A stretch of DNA of 64,000 bases, taken from Candidatus Parcubacteria bacterium. GTDB lineage: Bacteria; Patescibacteriota; Patescibacteriia; Patescibacteriales; UBA12465. Numbering within the stretch: position 1 is the stretch's first letter; every line of letters begins with the position of its first letter. A program made the position numbers and the translations under genes. Positions 61,201 to 64,000 of this stretch are shown here, in pieces. The stretch spans positions 12,102 through 76,101 of the forward strand of contig JAEZRQ010000002.1 in assembly GCA_023444045.1 (NCBI GenBank). Reading direction: 5' to 3'. The notes below the pieces were generated by a model. That model was not told where the DNA came from. It ran no database searches and saw only the letters and a list, made by a program, of their open reading frames with translations.

Positions 61201-64000
61201 CCTCCCCTTGGTTATACAATTTATTATCAGCTTTTAAAACATAGAAAGTATTAGCCGCACCAACGCTAACTCTTCCCTGAAAAGCTATGTGTTGCAAGGA
61301 ACCATCTTCAGTTTTTTTAGTTTCAAGTTTTAAAGTGTAAAGCTTATTAGGCTGCACCTTAACATCTTGATAATAATAATTACCATCCTTTATCCAGCTA
61401 TCATTAATATTTATTGAACCATCCTTATTAATATCTAAAGCGCCAGGATTATAAATTAAGTTTTCTGCATGCTTACTTAGTGGGTCAATATATTCGGTAC
61501 AACCAGAGTATTCTTGATTACAAATACCAACTGCTCCCTCTGGAGTAGGAACTCTAGAGGCATCACCACCAAAACCAATGGTTTTTAGATAATTAACATT
61601 ACATGGGTATTCGTTGGTGTCATCGATACATTTGCGGCCATTACAATCAGCATCAGACGCACAAATAGCGGCGTCTTTCTCGCTACCATCAATACCGCCA
61701 CTGGCATTAGCATCGCAGCGTTTAACTGGCGATTTATACCAGAAGTTATTTTTAAAGACACAGGTATTGAGTCCTGGATTCTTAAAGTAAAGTGAGCTGT
61801 TATTATCTGTCACCCAAGTATCACAACCAACCTCATTATAAGAACAAAGAGGGGAAGAGTTTTCATTGGCATAGGTATTAGGAGTATTTTTCTTATAAAC
61901 ATCTGCCCAAGTAGTTATCGAACCGGATGTTTGTGGAACGCCAAACCGAGAGCAGCCGGCATCAGCCTTATTACATTGCTTGCTTGGGTCAAAAACAGCG
62001 TAGACTGCCTCATGCCCCCTAACCTCCACACAGCCAAAATCTCCGGGGTTACAGGCAGCACTGACATCATCACTATTTAAATTCATTTTTAAGCCATAAT
62101 AGCCAGAATAATTGTGGGTTTGAATCATTTGTTCGCAACCCACAGCTGAATCAGAACAAAGGCTGCTAAACTGATGAAGATTATGAGTGATTTTTGAAGC
62201 ATCTTGATATTGAGCACAACCCAAATTATAGTTTGGGCCTTGATATTTATCAAAAATATCATAGAAACAAACATCTGGCACATAACTACTGCCTTTAATT
62301 AAGTAATAACGATCAGTGATTTCTGTAATAATTACATTATCAATTAGAACACTATTATTGGTTTTTATTTTTAAAACATCTAGGTTAATTTCATGATTTA
62401 ATTCTCTAAGATTTATTTCGTATACATGCCAAGCGCTATCATTTTTTATATAAACATTACCTAGTGGATTGTCTTCAGTAACATTGAAAGTGGCGGCCTC
62501 TCCCTTAGAATTTTCAAACGAGAAGTTAGCTGTCACTTCAGGACCACTGGCCTTAGCTAGGAACTTAATAATATAAGCCGATCCTTCTTTAGCAAAGCTA
62601 GAAACATCAACCCCAGCTCCATCATAAAAACCAAGAGACTGGCCATTTTTATAAATAGAATCTGAACTTAAAGTTAGTTCTGCTCCATTTTTCAAGGAAT
62701 AAAAATCATCTAGACTATTATCAAAAGTATAGCTAGCTACTAATTTTAGGTTGTTTCCATTATTACCATTATATTCTCTGCAACCAACATTTTCCGCAGC
62801 ACATTTAGTGCCTTCTTCTGGGATAGCACTATAAATACAAGCGTTTTGAGTATTATTCCAGACACCATTATTTTTACAAACATAACAAGCTGATTGAGCG
62901 GAGTCCCATTTTTTATCACTGCCAACGCAGGTATTAGAGTTTAAGCTCTTATCAATATTTTTTTCATTTAAACGATAAGAATAACAATTTTCGGAACAAG
63001 AAACAGTGTTTGATAATAAGTTGTAGGTAACTTTTCCGTTCTTACTATAAAATTCCCGACAATCAGGGTTATATCTAGGGTCACTGGCCGGTAGATTATA
63101 TATCTCCGCAGTACAATTTTCACTTAAACCTGGGTTAACTAAAAATGGGTTATTATTTGCATCTACTTTTAAGGACATCACCTTCAACTGAGAGTTATCC
63201 CAAGAATAGAAATCAGCACAAGTTGAAGCATCTGGCTTAATACATTGCCTCAACTTAGAGTAATATTCAATTTGCTCACCACCGCTTGAAACAGCATCTA
63301 AATTAGTGAAGCTCGCACAACCAACGCTTTCGGCACTACATTCGTTAGCATTTCCTGGAATTAAATTGTCAGCTGAGGTGCCGTAAAAATAAGTTTCTTT
63401 GGCTAAATAAGTATCATAACCGACACACTGAGCATCACAGTAATCGCTAGTATTGGCTTTTGCAGCAACGGTAAAATTATCTTTTACTGAAGAGAAAGAA
63501 TCGCAACCAACATCAGCACGATTACACTTTCTGGCATAATTATTACAAATTTCTGGGGCTCCTTGTTTTAAGGAATAATTACCAGCACCATCGGCTGCTT
63601 CATAACAAACACTCTCTAAATAAGCCGGTAGTATTTTTTGATAAACTGGGAAGGCGGCATAATTAGAAAAACCAGGATTGAAACTATTGGGGGTTAATTT
63701 TAAATTTCTGACGAAAAACTCTACGTTACCATCATCATTATAACCAGTAATAGCGAAGTTAAGATTATTTGTCTGATCTAAAGTAACAGAAATTGGCTGC
63801 CAATAAGCAACCCCAGAAACCTCAGCCGTTTTACCATCACTACCAAAGGACATTGATACTTTACTAGCACTATTAATTTTAATTTCGGCTGATAGAGTAT
63901 ACGACCAACCGTTTATTGGTTCTAAATTTTTTGGTATAACGCTATTTTTATTATCAGAAAATAAAGAAGCAAAAGCCCAACCCTTAACAAATAAGGCTTT
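58232..64000 (-). CDS. Giant Cys-rich secreted/surface protein with C-terminal PKD-like domain, 5' end beyond the right edge
   Basis: The track lists 1873 aa from an internal Met at 63853. I checked the frame codon by codon from 63854 to 64000 and found no stop (…KALFVKGWAFASLFSDNKNSVIPKNLEPINGWSYTLSAEIKINSASKVSM…), so the gene is longer than 1,920 aa and truncated. It has dozens of Cys and a recurring ..GC..[FYW] motif. The C-terminal INWGDGS...HFY...V.V.DNWG is PKD-like. Confidence 0.85.
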   Translation of the reverse strand, partial: KALFVKGWAFASLFSDNKNSVIPKNLEPINGWSYTLSAEIKINSASKVSMSFGSDGKTAEVSGVAYWQPISVTLDQTNNLNFAITGYNDDGNVEFFVRNLKLTPNSFNPGFSNYAAFPVYQKILPAYLESVCYEAADGAGNYSLKQGAPEICNNYARKCNRADVGCDSFSSVKDNFTVAAKANTSDYCDAQCVGYDTYLAKETYFYGTSADNLIPGNANECSAESVGCASFTNLDAVSSGGEQIEYYSKLRQCIKPDASTCADFYSWDNSQLKVMSLKVDANNNPFLVNPGLSENCTAEIYNLPASDPRYNPDCREFYSKNGKVTYNLLSNTVSCSENCYSYRLNEKNIDKSLNSNTCVGSDKKWDSAQSACYVCKNNGVWNNTQNACIYSAIPEEGTKCAAENVGCREYNGNNGNNLKLVASYTFDNSLDDFYSLKNGAELTLSSDSIYKNGQSLGFYDGAGVDVSSFAKEGSAYIIKFLAKASGPEVTANFSFENSKGEAATFNVTEDNPLGNVYIKNDSAWHVYEINLRELNHEINLDVLKIKTNNSVLIDNVIITEITDRYYLIKGSSYVPDVCFYDIFDKYQGPNYNLGCAQYQDASKITHNLHQFSSLCSDSAVGCEQMIQTHNYSGYYGLKMNLNSDDVSAACNPGDFGCVEVRGHEAVYAVFDPSKQCNKADAGCSRFGVPQTSGSITTWADVYKKNTPNTYANENSSPLCSYNEVGCDTWVTDNNSSLYFKNPGLNTCVFKNNFWYKSPVKRCDANASGGIDGSEKDAAICASDADCNGRKCIDDTNEYPCNVNYLKTIGFGGDASRVPTPEGAVGICNQEYSGCTEYIDPLSKHAENLIYNPGALDINKDGSININDSWIKDGNYYYQDVKVQPNKLYTLKLETKKTEDGSLQHIAFQGRVSVGAANTFYVLKADNKLYNQGEGFSTNDRGLHYSSYGSNESVIFYSGNNKTVRIFRDEDTVNAEGLFKTLDMDAILKEVIINYQINSNIDSTSCNGVVNTDNGCVLFNVRSQSGASGLKTNVFAADLTNEGSGPASCSGENTNYCNANQVIKASPDRVCSKWLSCQTYIEDPVTKEKVCYSMGECSQLNDKNECVEILPMDQTVRNSTLTSNKNATGYSLLNNYYIGAMKEVGQNTEAHFDFEDSSVNLSCVRNIDVSGALISEKDKACVFDKNINDSLVLNPKDATTDYPANGKGYLKVLGYYQISPISKDDSISIFSNQDYYINYLINTKGSGLRAKLIITDENNNVIATFADASPNGWERKINQFKVTSPITEIKKIRIYLSSNAVNTNTSYVYFDDINIEPVLKTSNNSYIAKSCRLYPSDDSLTCTSANNNVVKDGLYGYCLQSDPINPNVCLMWYPIDKISPITKNTQSSLGYSGKFPLYYCSEANGDFTLVEKRVGVLHSYAGMETTNPGEVIAKVGGSSGTGIFNNTVNCSNVIDSMTVTGGDCRCLGDSSSNSLCGSPDYVAITFRRTTGEGDFLAFNGPERTQFMVYCAPKKAGLKIETETKVVDLSQYHINANCRITFKEGWWNYNGLSKHNSVYYSAIDYDNDNFITETGKSVLADVNESSNTLATSFSSIMVMNINNPAEGNLKHVYNQNPEDVYRVTCNRFIQVVDNSGKNAAWTGRTSRNNMATNTPSYLGGAQGYIRNREDVPFGASILPNNFDFLNSEVIPLRNQYSKRMSESVLAGRPYSCTGPGCANIGQCSLDPNVFCFYRENDEDLNKLSCSAGGNGTCVKLWGDFIPSIMSATNYLNNIFAEKYVDYVYSSNTKTYQRDNNVTLFNKISSFAICDKRSDDSGLCKIYPIISNVKISGQGVSFTPKNKTIKIEKSGVYQLSFNTKVDEEQQPLRQIIINWGDGSQVITGVDHKPETSDPHTVSHFYLEGDYNDFNVSVFDNWGTYKNLFE

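Noticed and set aside
1-64000. An alternative genetic code (UGA recoding, as in some CPR lineages).
   Set aside because: Long ORFs with intact conserved motifs are obtained with the standard table, and TGA terminates at least one well-delimited gene (40476..41000) directly before a tRNA. There is no sign of in-frame TGA inside conserved domains.

Overview
AT-rich, very gene-dense bacterial window with about 64 protein genes, 3 tRNAs and short spacers. Rho-independent hairpin terminators and TTGACA / TGnTATAAT promoters are readable by eye. It reads cleanly in the standard code; for example, TGA is a real stop at 41000. The gene content points to a small-genome Candidate Phyla Radiation / Patescibacteria-type organism, which is an inference, not a database result. 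That content comprises: pilM-N-O plus a pilB fragment; a relaxase-less T4SS-like cluster (VirB4-, VirB6- and PrgI-like); two giant secreted proteins; many small membrane hypotheticals; and a minimal housekeeping set (thrS, engB, lexA, recG, radA, ung, mgtE). Ordinary blocks are the Zur-ZnuABC, PerR-like-peroxiredoxin and CsoR-CopA metal/redox modules, each with a visible operator, two GT4 glycosyltransferases and an AbiEi/AbiEii pair. The most unusual locus is 21.0-26.7 kb on the minus strand. It starts with a stand-alone group-II-intron-like reverse transcriptase with no intron RNA. That gene is translationally coupled by a 14-nt overlap to an ABC-exporter-like protein with a degenerate ATPase, which overlaps by another 14 nt a membrane-anchored PLD/HKD protein. 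An SdpI-like membrane protein and a 142-aa unknown follow. About 445 bp of structured non-coding sequence precedes the RT: two ~80-nt repeats, a GC-rich hairpin, and a 12-nt inverted repeat that masks the RT start. I cannot match this architecture to any retron/DRT/Abi/DGR type I know. The locus lies next to a tRNA-Ser, and both tRNA-Ser genes in the window are followed by small ORF cassettes ending in tRNA 3'-end fragments. Other points of interest are a T-box leader on thrS with a hairpin-loop ACC specifier, a >1,920-aa Cys-rich protein truncated by the right edge, and a perfect 20-bp palindrome operator on an HTH-PRTase gene. All function calls rest on motifs I read in the translations; no searches were run.
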